NCBI GenBank assembly: GCA_021613535.1
Contig: CP075497.1
Coordinates: 11,842,001-11,906,000 of the forward strand
DNA: 64,000 bases
Direction: 5' to 3'
DNA from: Adineta vaga
Lineage: Eukaryota; Animalia; Rotifera
Shown here: piece by piece, positions 1 through 13,868 of the stretch
How positions within the stretch are numbered: the stretch's first letter is position 1
Layout of the letters: each line of letters opens with the position of its first letter
Position numbers and translations under genes: made by a program
The notes under the pieces: model-generated
The model's database searches: none
Told to the model about the DNA's origin: nothing
What the model saw: only the letters and a program-made list of their open reading frames with translations

Positions 1-3000
1 TTCACGTAGTTTAACTTGACGTTCGATGAGATAATCTCGATTTTGAATTTCATTAGCTAATTTTTGTTCTAATTCAACACGTTTTACATGTTCATCATGA
101 CATCGAACAAGTTCATCATAACGTTCGCGTAACTAAAAGAATTGATTGTTAAGAAAAGAACAACGTATTTTTCGTTTGAATTCATTTACTTGTTGTTCAA
201 GAACTGTCATTTTTTCAAGTTTAGCAACAGCAATCATTTCTTTCAATTCATTTAATTTCTCCTGATGATTATCTTTCAAATTCATCCTAAGAAAAGAGAA
301 CATAATAATCAATCAATTCTTTCTTCTTCAACAAAATTTTACTTCGATGATGAAATACTATCTGAATAATTCAATGTATTATAAAGATTTGATGGAGATG
401 AATGATACATTAATGCAGTTCCATTTAACCAACCATCTAAATTGATAAATTTAACTTTGGAGTTTTGTCTCTATGAAAAATTACCTTTAGAACTATGTTG
501 ACCGTTTTCGTAAAGTTTCTTGTCGTGATTTATAGCTGAAGATAATCCATTGAGTTTTTGTTCTAATTCATTAGCTTCGAATTTCTTTTGTTTGAATAAT
601 AATTTCAATTTTTGTTTTTCTCGTTCGAGTTTTTCTTTTTCAATAATCACTTGATGTAAAATAATGTTTTGTTGATGATCAAGATCACGTAACGTATTCT
701 ATAAGAGAAGATGTACTTGAAAGTTTTATTTATAATTAACTAAATCTACTTGTCGAAGTTTAGAATTTTGTGCAACAATGATTTGTTCGTGTTGAAAATG
801 TTCTTCCGCTTGTTCGAGTTCTGCTTCACAGCGTGTTTCTAATTCCATTAATTGAAATTCGAGATCTTCATGTTTTCTTCGTGTCTCAGCGAGAATTTCT
901 TTCTTTCTAGACAACATAATCATTGATTAAATAGAACATAAAAGAAAGATTACACTACTCACTTGAGAATCTTATCGTCTGACGGTCGATATTGTTCTTC
1001 GAGTTCACGTAATTCATATTCTAGTTTATAGAGTATCTGTTGTGTATATTCAATTTCATTACGAATCTAAAAAACAAAACCTCATCTCAAAATATACGAT
1101 TTCATTAACAAAGAATTCTTACAGAAGATTTTTCCGACATGATACGATCAGTTAATAATTGTAAATCATTATAAATATGTCGAATTTTTTCTTGATCACC
1201 TTCACTATCGTCTAAAATTTGTTTGAAAACTAATTCGTGTTCACCTTCGACTAGAGCACGTTCAATTTCCAACTAAATAAGAAGAGAAAGTAAATGAACA
1301 GGTGAAAAGAAGATATCGATGTCAATGGGCTTTTCGCATGCACATCTGGTAACAAGATGTTTATTCTCATATCAACACGCACGATCAATAAATTAGATGA
1401 GAGAGAGAGAGAGAAAGGAAAGAAATATCATGCAAACCTGTAAATGTCTGACGATCTTGGGAGAAAATGATCGTTGACTAGTAATTGCCTTATTTCGATT
1501 TTCATGGTGAGAAAAGGGAACAACTGTGAAGCAAATTATTTTAATGAAATTGACAAGTTGTTTTAATTGGTTTTAAGGTGAAAATATCAACTGAAGAATG
1601 GTCAATCGCTGATGATGATGATGATGATGATAAACTCATAGACTGATCTTGAAAAATGACTGTGTCTAAATAATTGAGGGTTGAACATTGAAAAGAAAAA
1701 GATAGATATCAGTGAATAAAGTTCTCCTAGAAATGATAAGATGTATCATTTACATACTCCGAATGGTATGTGCTACATTAGAAAGAAGAAAATGGATAAC
1801 AACAGTCATCGATATCATTATTCATATCATCATCATCATCGAATGTAATCACAACAGGAAACAGACAGACAACAGCACTGTTCATCATTAGTTTTCTTTT
1901 CCTTCTCTTCGATTGCGTATGTATCGTTGTCTAACCTATAAATAATACTCGACTACGTAATCATTTTTCTTTCTCATTCTTTTATTTCGAAAGAGACAAC
2001 TTGTTGAATTTCTTTCTTTTGATGAATTGTAAATGTATAAAATAGAAAACGTTATGCTTAACGAAACTGATGGTTTCGAAAGAATTCTTTTTCTTTATAA
2101 CTCTATTAGAAGAAGAAAAAAAGTTTCCATATACGATAGATACGTATTTATCCCGAGGAGACAATTAAAGAAAAAAATAACTCTTTTTATTTAGATAAGA
2201 AATTGTTATTATCTTACCTCTCGCATGGCTTCACTGAGACGACTTTCAATATCCACAATATTCTTCTTGATAATAGTTAGATCAGCTAATGTTTTTCGAT
2301 AGTTACTTTCGTATTGTTTTAATTTACCACTGTTCGTTATATCAATAGGAATACCATCAGCATCATTCTAAATAACAATCATCCACTTCATCGGTCATCG
2401 GACAAGTATGCGTAGAAACAAGAATTGACGAAGAAATAGGGGACAAACGGTCAAACAATGTCGATATGTGTGAAACAAGCCACCAAGGGCATCTTCTATT
2501 TTTCCTTCTTCTTCTTCTTCCTCTCTTGCTCTCTCTTTCTCTTATCGGACATCACATCTGCCATGTCCAACAGACAGATGAAGTAGTTCAATTAGTGAAT
2601 CGAATATTAATGGTGGGAGAACACGACAAGCCTGATGGCGGAAAAGAAGATCAAAACATTCATATAAATGACTTCCGGTTTTACTCGTTTTCTTCTTCGA
2701 TGCACATGTTTTGATTCAATTAATAAATCTTACTTCTTCAATACTAGCATTCGAAGTCGGTCGTGTAACAGCTGAATCAATAACAATGCCCGAATCGGAT
2801 GTTGGAACTTTATTTTGATGCATTGATGTTGATGATGAAGATGATTGTTTTTGATACCATGATTCATCATTGGTATTATTTTCAAAATCAATTGGATAGA
2901 GAATTTTTGATGATTGTTGAGCAGCTGTGGCAGAGATCGTTTTTAGACTAGACGCTTTACGTTGTTGAGAAATCGTTTGTTGTTGTTGCTGCTGTTGTTG

Positions 3001-5626
3001 CTGTTGTTGTTGTTGAAGAATATAATCAGATCTAGACATGAATTTTTCACCTGATGGTGAATTCGATTCAGACGATGATGAAGATGAACCAATCGGTGAA
3101 GATAATGTCGATAATTTTTCTTCACTTTTTGGTTTGGTCTGATGACGATGTTGATTAAATGTTAAAGGTGGTTGATTTCGTCGTTGATTTGAACAATGTG
3201 ATAATAATAAACCATTTGTTAGAATTCGACGAGTAAATGATGGTCGACGTTGATTATCATCTGATGATTTGTTTATTGTTGAAGATTCTTCATCAAGATT
3301 TGAAACACAATAAGACATATGTGGAGTTGTTGAACAATCGGTTAGAGAATGATGAACGCTTGGAACTTCTTCATAATGTACTAAAATAGATGAAGAAAAC
3401 AAATTTAATTTCATCAAAGCATATCATTGACATTTCGTTTTGATCTTTTCAAAAGAAAAAGAAATCTATTTACTTGTATTTGCTAATGTCGATGCTGGTG
3501 TTGGTATGATAAAATCTGATAAACTTGATGATGTTGATTGAATTACTTTCATTGTTTTGATATGTTGCGATGGCATTAATTTATTATTATCAATCATGCT
3601 TGTACTTTGTTCGTTTGTATTTGGTAAGAGTAAGATTGGTACGGATAATGACATTGGAGTAGATTTCGTTGGAGATTGTTGATCTGTTGGTAAAGATGCA
3701 AGAGACTTATTAATATAAGAAGTATTGATCACCGGTGATGGAGATGATTTATCGTTGTGATTAGTTAAAGGTGGAGTAAAAACTTTTGAATTAACCATAG
3801 AAGATGTTCCACATAGACGAGATGCTGAAACTGTAGTTGACAATATTGGACAGGGTTTAAATGATGCGTCGGTATAACATGAACTTATACGAGTTCGATC
3901 GAGAATTGGTGATCGATATGATAAACATGGAGATCTAATTGGTTCAGATTTGGGACTGATACGAGTTGGCTAAAATAAATAAATATATATATATATAGAT
4001 GAATTTTTATTTTTCCTGATAAAATCTTTCGTTTTCGTACTTTTTCTACATGAGCAATATCATATACAATTAATTTATCGTATGCTTCATCATATATGTC
4101 GTCATCGCCGTCTTCTTCTGTTCGAGGTTGTGGACTTGGAGACTCATAAATAGTTGAAAGACGTTTTTCAATATCTTGATTGGAATCGAAATTATTTGTA
4201 GTATTCATAATTATAAGTTGGGCTTCACTATCATTTATCTGATCATCATCATCTTCATCATCATTCTCAAGTATATCAGCTCGATCATCGTTATCATGTA
4301 ATGTTATAGTTGGTATTGACCCATCATTTATTTTTAATAAATGATTTCGTCTTTTTTGTTCTTCTTCATCATCATCACGTCGTAATTGTTCAAGTTCTTC
4401 TTCGTTCTCTTCAGTAATTGGCAAACATGAATGAACAATATTCACAACTGGTTCATAAGAAATCTCTTCGTACGAATAATCATCATCCTAACAAAACGAA
4501 AGAAGAAGAAGAAGAAAAAAACATGAATGAGAACTTTGTTGAATTCATTCCTTCTTCTTTCTGTAGTCAAATAAGAAGACATAAACAATACGAATTCAAT
4601 CTTGTCTATGAATAGGTTTCATCTCATTATGATTGCTCAATTGTTCAAGATATTTTCTTTATTAAAATTTTCAAACTTACGAAGAATATTGCTGTTCGAG
4701 AATGAGATTGTTGAGAGGCATTTTCATTTGTATCTGATAAATCCATACTATAAACAAAACTATCGGCCATTAATTGTTGTTGTTGTTGTTCACATTGAAT
4801 AAATGCAGCTAATTCTTTATCATAGATTTTCGTTGGAGAAACAGGGGCTGAGTGACTTCGTTGGGATTGAGAATGAAATTCATCCGTATCATCATCATTC
4901 GTATTCAATTGATTTTCATTTTGACAACCAATACCAGTTAAATCCATTTCAGTACGTGCTGTATCCGATACGTGATTATCATGAGATTGTTTTCGATGAG
5001 ATTGACAATGTAATTGTAAATCGTCAAGACTTTACTTTGAAATGTAATCCGGTAAGATTTCTTTGTCGATCGAAATAAATCGTCAAGTTCAACAAATGAC
5101 TGATGAGATAAGACTTCTTCTTCTCCGTCTAAATAATCAACCAAAATTTGTCTTACATTATATTATTACTAGAAGCGTCAGCTGTTGAATTTTACGTCAT
5201 CAGAAAAGAAGAAAAAGAAAAGACTGCCTAACATTTAGCATAACTATTCTTTCATTTTTTTCACTTATATTAATCTTATTACATAGAGAATTATCAAGAG
5301 ACGTCTGTCTGTTACCAACTAATCCATTAGTAATCTAATGTCAATTATATATACATTCTTATAGTTCTCTTCTCTTCTACTAAACTATTACATTATTTCG
5401 GATATAAGAAAAAACACAACTATATGCCAATTTCTCTTTTCCTTCTTCTTTCCCTCGTTTGATCGTTTATTTATCCAACTATCGACGTTGTCATCCAATC
5501 GATCATTGTTCAGAAGTATTATAATGTGAATGAGTAAAAAGAAAAGAGGGCGTGTAGATTGGATTTTGACTTACCTTGTTGAGGTTCATTTTTCTCATTT
5601 AACCGACAATTGACGTTGTCTATCAT
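1..5626 (-). CDS. PHLDB (LL5)-like coiled-coil protein, multi-exon; 3' end, including any PH domain, lies outside the window
   Basis: Exons join in frame from a candidate ATG at 5626 through long Ser/Gln-rich exons (2716-5144). They continue into coiled-coil exons reading 'LSEAMRE|LEIERALVEGEHE' and 'HEDLEFQLMELETRCEAELE', which resemble PHLDB 'EMERALLQGE' and 'FEDLEFQQLE'. The start is tentative. Confidence 0.7.
2975..3015 (-). repeat. CAA/CAG trinucleotide repeat encoding a poly-Gln tract
   Basis: The ttgttgttgctgctgttg run on + translates as QQQQQQQQQQQQQ in ORF 2716..3417. Confidence 0.9.
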
Positions 5627-7527
5627 ATTGATGACAATTGAATTTTAAATTATCACTGTCAAGGTATTCTTAAAGAAAGCATCAATATTCTCCGAAAAGT
5701 GAGTTTTGAATGAAATTGATGTATGAATGTATGTATGACAACGAAGAACAGGAAAAATTACCAAATCATCGCTGTTAGTGTATACACTTGAATGTACTCG
5801 ACCTTGTATGGGTGGCGAGCGTGCAATCACTGCGTGTAGTAGTAGAAGTAATGGTGTCGTGTGCGAATAGTATGAGTATATGACATACACAACATGCGAT
5901 TTCAAACGCAAGAAAAGAGAAAGAAAGACAGGGAGAGGGGGGAGAAAAATGTGTGAAAGAGAGAAGAAATAAACTGTGAGTGTCGATAAAAAAGAAGAGA
6001 GTAAGAGATGCATCATCAATTATGAAAAAAAAAGGCAAACGAGGGAAGAAAAGAGAAAGAAAGAACAAGAGGCTTACCGCGCTTTGAGACTGATCCTTTG
6101 TTCGTTCAATAGAAATAATACTTAACTATTTGTGTGTTTTCGAAACACTATTCTATCAAAAATTTTACATAGCAATATTAGTAGAAGAAGAAAAAAAACA
6201 ACATTCCTGTACATATAATTAGTCAACTAATCTTCAATGTGTAAACTCAATAATCAGTTATTAACGATGATTGATACATTTATTGAAATAAATCGATGTA
6301 TTTACCTGTAAGTGATGTTAAATGTTGTGTCATCTTGAAGACAACTAAGTTCAAGAGGAATCTATTCTTTCTCGTCTCGTTCTTCTTTTTTTTCTGATGG
6401 ATTGAAACAGATGTTCGTCTTATTCTTTCAGAATGATTGAGTGATTCATTTGAGTGGTTGAAAAAAATAACAAAAGTATGTGAGTCAGTTCAATTTGATA
6501 CATCGACGTTTTTATATTGATGATTTTTCGATTGACCAATCAGTTGGATATAGAAACGAAAATGAAACAAGAGGTCGCCTAATGTCTATCGACTTTTCGT
6601 TTTAGTTTTGATTAAGTACGACTGTCACTGTTAATAAGCGAAAAATCGGTGATTGATCAAGCCTATCAGTATGGGTATAACTAAGGCGAAGATTTTTTGA
6701 TTTCTCATCAAAACGATCGGGTTAGAATATTTATTCAGAGGCAAAGACATTCCTATGAAATCAAATGATGCATTAATAATTTATGTAAAAAATTCCGTCA
6801 ATTAATGTTAATGATGCTTGAATTACTTTCATGTGATAGAGGTGAGTAGGCAAAAGTTTCGAATGCAAAAGACTATTTTGTCAAAATAAGATTCTATATA
6901 TTCTGAAGAAAAAACAAATCATTGAACTAAAACGAATGAATTTTTTTCTCTCTCTCTCGGTATTGTCTAGAGAAAAGGAAACATTTTGCGTTTTCTTTAG
7001 GAGAAAAATGATTAATCAATGATTTTCTACATCATGAAAACATAGTTTTATTCAACTTACAAGAATTGATCTACGATCGAACAAAAGGATTGTTGATGAA
7101 ATAATTTAATAATAATGAAATGCATATTTATATAGTCGGTTTTTATTTCTTTACGAGATCAACATTATACTAATAATCTTATTTAAATGTCATCATCAAC
7201 ACTCTTCTTTTAATATTTGTTGATTATTAGCATAAATAATGAAGTGTATTGTGAGATCAATGTTACATATATTAGCTCACAAAAGAAGACAATTGAGCGC
7301 TAAAAATTATATCAGTTGATTTCTCTTCTTGGTCAAATGTTGGACATTAAACCGATGTTAGATCATTTGTCCTCTTATCGTAACAATTCAAATCAAACTA
7401 TCTTAAGCTCATATTCTTCACCTTCATGTCGAAGATCAGATTTCTTGTATGTAAACAGTTTTATTCATTAGGATTGTCGATGTATTGTTTAAAATTTAGT
7501 CATTATCAACGAAGGAAATATGCAGAT

Positions 7528-9872
7528 ATGCCTCGAAATTCCGAGAAAAAACGATCGATTTTTCTGGTTAATGATCATCAAAAGTAAGGCCTATATGACG
7601 ATCGATAGAAATGTCTTAGAGAAAAACATTAGCGATAGTATCGTTCTGTTGGTGTAGCGGTTATCACATCTGCTTAACACGCAGAAGGTCGCAGGTTCGA
7701 CACCTGCACAGAACAGATTTCTTTTTTTCAATTCAATTGAATTTCTTATTCAAATAGAATATAAAAAAAAACGATTGATGATTTTTACATAAGAAAATTC
7801 GTTGGATTTAAGATTAAATGATTCAAAATTTCTAGATAGAACGTGGTTCTGTTGGTGTAGCGGTTATCACATCTGCTTAACACGCAGAAGGTCGCAGGTT
7901 CGACACCTGCACAGAACACTTTCCTTTTTTTTTGTTTTTGTTTAGATTCACTGAACTTCCATTAAAAGAAATTCGAAAAGAAACAATTCATCCTTTTCGT
8001 CATGTTAATTTACAGACAGATTATCGTGAAGAATCAACGCAAACCGATCCTTTTTCACCGGTGTATACAATTTCAAATGGTGAACATCCTGAAGTATTTG
8101 ATTTAGCCGATTTTATTTATGGAAAAGGTTTACCGGCTACAACGATTGAAATTTGTTTTATTGAACGATTACGAGCTCGTCGTCAATGGGAACAAGATCG
8201 AACGTTTGATGTAACACGAATGAAAATCGTTATTGAACGAGAAATACGAGAATGGCAAATGCGTGAAGAAGAAATTCAATTGTACAAAATTCTCATTGTT
8301 TTATTAAGATTATTATTTGATTTTTTGTAAATAATTTAGATTACAAGATACACGACAGAAATTAATGAAAAGAAATCTTCAAACATATATTCAAAAGGAT
8401 GAAGATTTAATGAAAAGTATAATAGATTTGTTCATCTATCGACAAGAAAAACAATTGAAATTAGAATATCAACGATTAGAACTTGAAACATCGCGAGGTA
8501 ATTTGACAGAAACATTGATTAGATTTACGTTTTTTTTCATACAGATATTCGTCGTATGAAACGTCGGTATCAATTACGTGAAAATTATATCAATGCAGTT
8601 ACTAAATATAATCATTTAGGAGTTATTGGAATGTCATTAAAACCATCATGGCATACACGATCGAATGATATTATAACTACTTTCAATAATAAGAATTCTC
8701 TACCATGTCCTCATTTGGATCATTTCATTGATCGACGTATGCATCATGTTGGAATAAATATATTCAAATTCGAAGAACTCTTACCCAGAAATGCTTTGAT
8801 TCCTAAAATTGATCATTTGAATTCATCAAGTAGAGTAACTAAAAATAAACAGTTACAACGACGAATACAAAATTTAGAAAAAGCTTTTCAAGTTTGTAAT
8901 CAAAATTTCGTTTTCATCTTTTAAAATCCGATTTTCAGTTAATTCAAGAACAAAAAACTAAACAATCATCAACATTAGAAGAAGAAAAACCTTTTCGATT
9001 TGTTGAAAAAATCGAAACAATCGATCATCTTCAACAATCTCAATCTCCTTCAATTCAAACAGAAGTCTTTATTCCTTCATTTTATTCCTTCATTTTATTC
9101 CATTATTCTTAGGAACATGATTATCCTCGAAACATTCTCATCCAATTCCAAAGCTACCTTCGTGGTATCACTGTTCAATCAAAAGTAAAAATCTTCCAAA
9201 TCCTTTCCTCTCGTCTCTCATTACATTCCTTCAGGTCGCAAATGTTCATCGAATTCGTAAAGATTTATTAGACGAATTACGAATTGATTTCAATCAAAAA
9301 TCTTCATCAATGAACATGAATAGAAATGATGTCGAAACACAAATTTATGATTATCTTGAAGGTGAAACCATAGCGGATATGTTAGATTTTCTCTCGAAGG
9401 AATTACTTCGTCTTCAATGTGAACAAACCATTCATCTTTTTATATTTCTTGCTAATCGACAACGACATGAATGTGAAGAAAAAGAAACGACTACTCGTCT
9501 TCAATCAATCCAACGTCAAAAACTCGAGGATCATATTTTTCGACAAGTTCGTATCTTTACACATCAGTTTATCGATCAATTAAAACATAGCTTCTAGTTA
9601 TTTTCATTAAATTCTGATGTAAATATTGAAATCTATATACAAGATCTTATTCTTCAATCAATTTCCAATACAGCAGATGAACAAGCCAGATTAGAAATCA
9701 AAGAACTAACTGATAGTTTAGTCAATCATTCTTCGTAAACAATTTTATCATTCGATGGATTCTTTATCTTCTTTTTATTTGTAGATCGACATCATTTGAC
9801 ATTGAAGATATCATTTCAAATCTTGTTCATAATTTTTTACTTCCAACAGTCGCGAAACACCTGCGTCGGTAA
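7528..9872 (+). CDS. CFAP91: CFAP91/MAATS1-like ciliary radial-spoke-associated protein, multi-exon
   Basis: 'LQTDYREESTQTDPFSP...GKGLPAT..EI.FIERLRARRQWE' matches the CFAP91 (PaaSYMP) motif, and 'LEGETIADMLDFLSKELLRLQ' matches the C-terminal part. An upstream exon ending at 7583 joins 7946 in frame (AA|A = Lys). The start is uncertain (7427 or 7528). Confidence 0.8.
7643..7715 (+). tRNA. tRNA-Val(AAC), copy 1
   Basis: Acceptor stem GTTCTGT/ACAGAAC, D-arm TGGTGTAGCGGTTATCAC, anticodon stem TCTGC/GCAGA with loop TTAACAC, T-loop GGTTCGA, and a downstream T-run. Confidence 0.97.
7846..7918 (+). tRNA. tRNA-Val(AAC), copy 2
   Basis: The 73 nt are identical to copy 1 and are followed by a long T-run (Pol III terminator). 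Confidence 0.97.
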
Positions 9873-10083
9873 TTAAGAATCTTACTATGGATAATGATCC
9901 TAATAAAAACAGACAGAATTCAGAAATAAATTTTATTTTTTGTTACTAATAATCTACGAGAATATCATTCTCAAAGGAAATCTAAGTTCTTTTGTTTAAT
10001 AATATATTTGTTCGATGAATAAATGAAGAAAATGAGAGATTAAATACCGGGATTCAAACGTAATGAGAGAGAAAAAATATGAT

Positions 10084-10841
10084 TTAATTTGCATGTTCAA
10101 AATATTCTTTGGATTTCGAAACATCGGGATTGATGGTCTTCTTTCCTGGTTTCCAGTTCGCTGGACATACTAAAGAACAAGAGAGAGTTTGATATAAATC
10201 TAAGAATGAAAGAATCATCATACCTTCTCCATGTTTATCTGTAAATTGAAATGCTTGAACTAATCGAAGTGTTTCATCAACTGAACGACCAACTGGTAAA
10301 TCATTAATCGTTATTTGACGAAGAATACCATGAGAATCGATAAGAAATAAACCACGAAATGCAATACCTTCATCATCTTTTAAAACACCATATTTCGCTA
10401 AAGATAAAACCATAAATAAAAGAATTTGAAGAACAAAAAGAATGCAATTTACTTGAAATCTCTAAATTCTTATCGGCAAGTAATGGAATATTCATTTTAC
10501 CTAATCCACCTTGTTTTCGACTTGTATTAACCCATGCTAAATGACTAAAATGAGAATCTGTTGAACAAGCGACAACTTCACAATTTATTTGACGAAATTC
10601 TTCAATACGATCGCTAAATGAGATGATTTCTAAATATAAAATCAAACGTTTATCTTATCTTTTTAATCGATTTTTTTCTTGTTTGAATACCTGTTGGACA
10701 AACAAATGTAAAATCCAATGGATAGAAAAAGAGTACGACATATTTGCCTTTATAATCTTTAAGGGAAATATCTTTGAAATTTCCATCAATAACAGCTGTA
10801 CCCTTGAAATCTGGTGCTGGTTTACCAATTCTTGCTGACAT
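10084..10841 (-). CDS. Typical 2-Cys peroxiredoxin (Prx1/AhpC type), 4 exons
   Basis: '[13 protein letters not shown]' (peroxidatic Cys), 'GGLG', '[11 protein letters not shown]' and 'VCPANWKPG...SKEYF' (resolving Cys, YF motif). Confidence 0.97.
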
Positions 10842-11510
10842 ATTTCTTTAGTTAAATAGGGATCTGAAAAGAGAAAAACAAAACATCTTATATTAATATT
10901 TACCTATTATTAAAACTAATTTTTCATTGGATCAACTCGAGAACGAGAACTACATGACAAGTTCATCAAGGTGCATATACTCCGGATCCGGAATTTTATT
11001 TCCTTTCTATTTCTCACACATGATTAATACTCAAGCACAAAAAAAACAAAACGATAACATTCAAAGCATAAAATATGGTGCCATTCAATCGAATATGTAT
11101 CATTCTTCTATTCTATTCTATGAAGTGTAGATTGAAAGAAAAGAAATAGAGAAGATAAATGCATATTAACGTATGGTAGTTACGAAATCAAAGAGAACAG
11201 AAAAACATAAACGCGACGAGGGTAACGACCACCATAAAACTACAATTGTCTCTTATCAACAGTTAACAGTGCACAATGAAATATGATTCAAGTGCAAAAT
11301 TTCACGTTAGAAATTTACATAACAGATCTAATTCAATGTTCCTAAATATAGAAAATAACAAGTAAATATTCAGATGTCGCCTTGATTTATTACAGAAATG
11401 AAAATGAAAAGACTTCTAACAATGATTCGATTGGTTCGAACTAAAACGACCAATTGCAATTCACTTGATAATATTTAGTTGATTTTAGTAACAGAAAAGT
11501 TTTATAAATC

Positions 11511-11912
11511 ATGTCGTCGACAACAAAAGATGTTGAAGTTCATGTTGAATATGCTGATCAACAAAATATCAATAAATTTGCACGTAATAATGCAAAATTA
11601 ACTGAATTAAAAGAAGAAATCGAAGCAAAACGAAAAGAATTAACATCATTATCGGATGCACGAGAAGCTTTGGATGAATTATCTATTCTATCTGATATTC
11701 CAACAGCACCATTACTTGTTGGAGAAACATTTCTTATTGAACCAACGGATGATATTCTAACTTCATTAGATACACGAAAAACTAAAATTGAAAAAGAAAT
11801 TGAAGAAATTCAAACACGAATTCAAACAATTCAAGGGCTATTAAGTGATTTAAAAGTGAAATTATATGGAAAATTTGGTAAAAGTATTAATCTTGAGAAT
11901 GATGAAGAATAA
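11511..11912 (+). CDS. PFDN4: Prefoldin subunit 4
   Basis: 'DVEV..ADQQNINKFARNN', 'VGETF' and C-terminal 'LKVKLYGKFGKSINLE'; single-exon 133-aa CDS. Confidence 0.93.
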   Translation: MSSTTKDVEVHVEYADQQNINKFARNNAKLTELKEEIEAKRKELTSLSDAREALDELSILSDIPTAPLLVGETFLIEPTDDILTSLDTRKTKIEKEIEEIQTRIQTIQGLLSDLKVKLYGKFGKSINLENDEE

Positions 11913-12268
11913 AAATCAAAAAAAAACAAAAGAACTTCCTACGTAGTAACTTCACTTGTTTTTTTTCATACGTTATACGTTTGTTAACAAATAAATGTTT
12001 CTTTTTATCGAACAACAAATAAAGATTTTCTCACGTTTTCAATCATCTTTTTGATTCAGCGGTATTACTCCTCGTGTTTGAAATGATTCTAAAAGATTGT
12101 CTCATGTAAAAATAGTCACGCAGTGATAAATAGATATAAAAATGTGTATTATTAACGTTGGGATACGCTTCATTACTTCTCACATGTTAAATAATGAGTC
12201 GGTATACTTTTTCCTAGATTTTTGTTTAGTCAATATTGTTCTTTTTTTGTTAATATTTCTAGATTTCA

Positions 12269-13813
12269 ATGGATAAATATCTAATAAAAACATTCGATTT
12301 GGTTCCAAATGTGAATCATATAACCGCAATAGATAAATTTAAACTTTATCATGATTTCAATCGATTCCTTACGGTTTTAAAAGAATATGCGTCGGAACAT
12401 GAATTGACAAATATTGAACGATTTTATTATGAATTTGAAACCGATCCTCGACGTGAATTTTTCTATCGATTAAGTCAAACATATTTTGGCAATTATTTTC
12501 TTTCGATTCATTTCATTTTATCCAATTCTACTATTATCAAAACACCAACATTTACAAATCTTTATCGTGATAAACATTATCTATCTCAAATAACCGATCA
12601 TATCATCAATCTATACGAAACACTTGATTCGAAATCATCTCGTTTTTTCAATAAAATTCTTCTCGAAAAATTCATTTCCAATCTTGATTTTACTCCTTTA
12701 CCTGATGATCTTACTTCATCAGAATACAAAACATATTTTACATTATTTTCTCAAGAAACATCTCGATTAAAATCTTATTTAATTCAATTAATCAAAGATC
12801 CCAAATGGGCCACACATCCACCTCAAGGTTTATCTCAATTCGAACCCGAATATTTCCAATTCGCTTTTCAATTTCATACTGGTTTAAGATTGAAATCTTC
12901 GGATAACTTCATTCAAATTAAACAATGGGCACAAAAACATTTAGATTATCTTATGAATGAAGTCAATCAAACATGCGATCGTTTATTAACGAATGAATCT
13001 GATAAACAAAAGTCTACTTATGAAAAAATGATTCTTGTCGGTCAAGATTCCAGTCAACATTGGTCATCAAAACAAGAAATGATTGATGCACATCAGCATT
13101 GTATATCAAAATATCGACGAAAATTTATTGATGAATATCAATTCAAAGAATTCGATCCTCCGAATCTAACAATTCTTGACAATCCATTATTAGCTGGAGG
13201 TTATTATTATAAAGGAAATTTTTATCTTAATGTTTGCAATTGGAAAGAAGGAAACTACAAATATGATGTCGAAAATTTAACTTTACACGAAACCATTCCG
13301 GGTCATCATTTACAAATCGATATTTCATATCATTCACCGAATAATAATTATCTCATGGCTATTCAATATGAAATATCAAATGGATTTATTGAAGGATGGG
13401 CATTATTTGCTGAACATTTAGGTGATTCTATGTTAAATAATCCATGGAATTATTTTGGATATTTACAATCCAATATCCTGCGAACATTTCGAATTATTGC
13501 AGAAATTCTTTTACATGTTGAAGGACAAACACCTGAACAAGTTATTCAATTAGCTAAACAGTATCTAACGACAAGTGAAGAAAGTATTACTGCTGAAATA
13601 TATCGATATCGCATTCATCCTGGTCAAGCCTGTTCGTATAAAACTGGTTTAGAAGTATTCAAACGGATTATTCAAGAGAAGTTTCATGTAACTGATACGA
13701 ACGATTTATTACGATCAGATCTCGTCGACTGGTACAAAGAAATTCTTTGGCAGACAGAAAGACCTCTTGATGTTTTGTTACATGAACATGAAATAACGTG
13801 GACATTTGATTAA
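12269..13813 (+). CDS. DUF885-family protein (bacterial-type, putative zinc metallopeptidase), intronless
   Basis: 514-aa uninterrupted ORF with the DUF885 C-terminal signatures 'LTLHETIPGHHLQ', 'FIEGWALFAE' and 'EIYRY..HPGQACSYKTG'. Confidence 0.85.
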   Translation: MDKYLIKTFDLVPNVNHITAIDKFKLYHDFNRFLTVLKEYASEHELTNIERFYYEFETDPRREFFYRLSQTYFGNYFLSIHFILSNSTIIKTPTFTNLYRDKHYLSQITDHIINLYETLDSKSSRFFNKILLEKFISNLDFTPLPDDLTSSEYKTYFTLFSQETSRLKSYLIQLIKDPKWATHPPQGLSQFEPEYFQFAFQFHTGLRLKSSDNFIQIKQWAQKHLDYLMNEVNQTCDRLLTNESDKQKSTYEKMILVGQDSSQHWSSKQEMIDAHQHCISKYRRKFIDEYQFKEFDPPNLTILDNPLLAGGYYYKGNFYLNVCNWKEGNYKYDVENLTLHETIPGHHLQIDISYHSPNNNYLMAIQYEISNGFIEGWALFAEHLGDSMLNNPWNYFGYLQSNILRTFRIIAEILLHVEGQTPEQVIQLAKQYLTTSEESITAEIYRYRIHPGQACSYKTGLEVFKRIIQEKFHVTDTNDLLRSDLVDWYKEILWQTERPLDVLLHEHEITWTFD

Positions 13814-13868
13814 AGATTTAGTTTATTTTTCAAAAAATAATACGATTACAGAGAAATAAAAAGTTCGA

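Noticed and set aside
5645-6068. ORFs 5645..6019 and 5775..6068
   Set aside because: Low-complexity CT-rich sequence typical of a 5'UTR or promoter of the PHLDB-like gene, with no protein motif.
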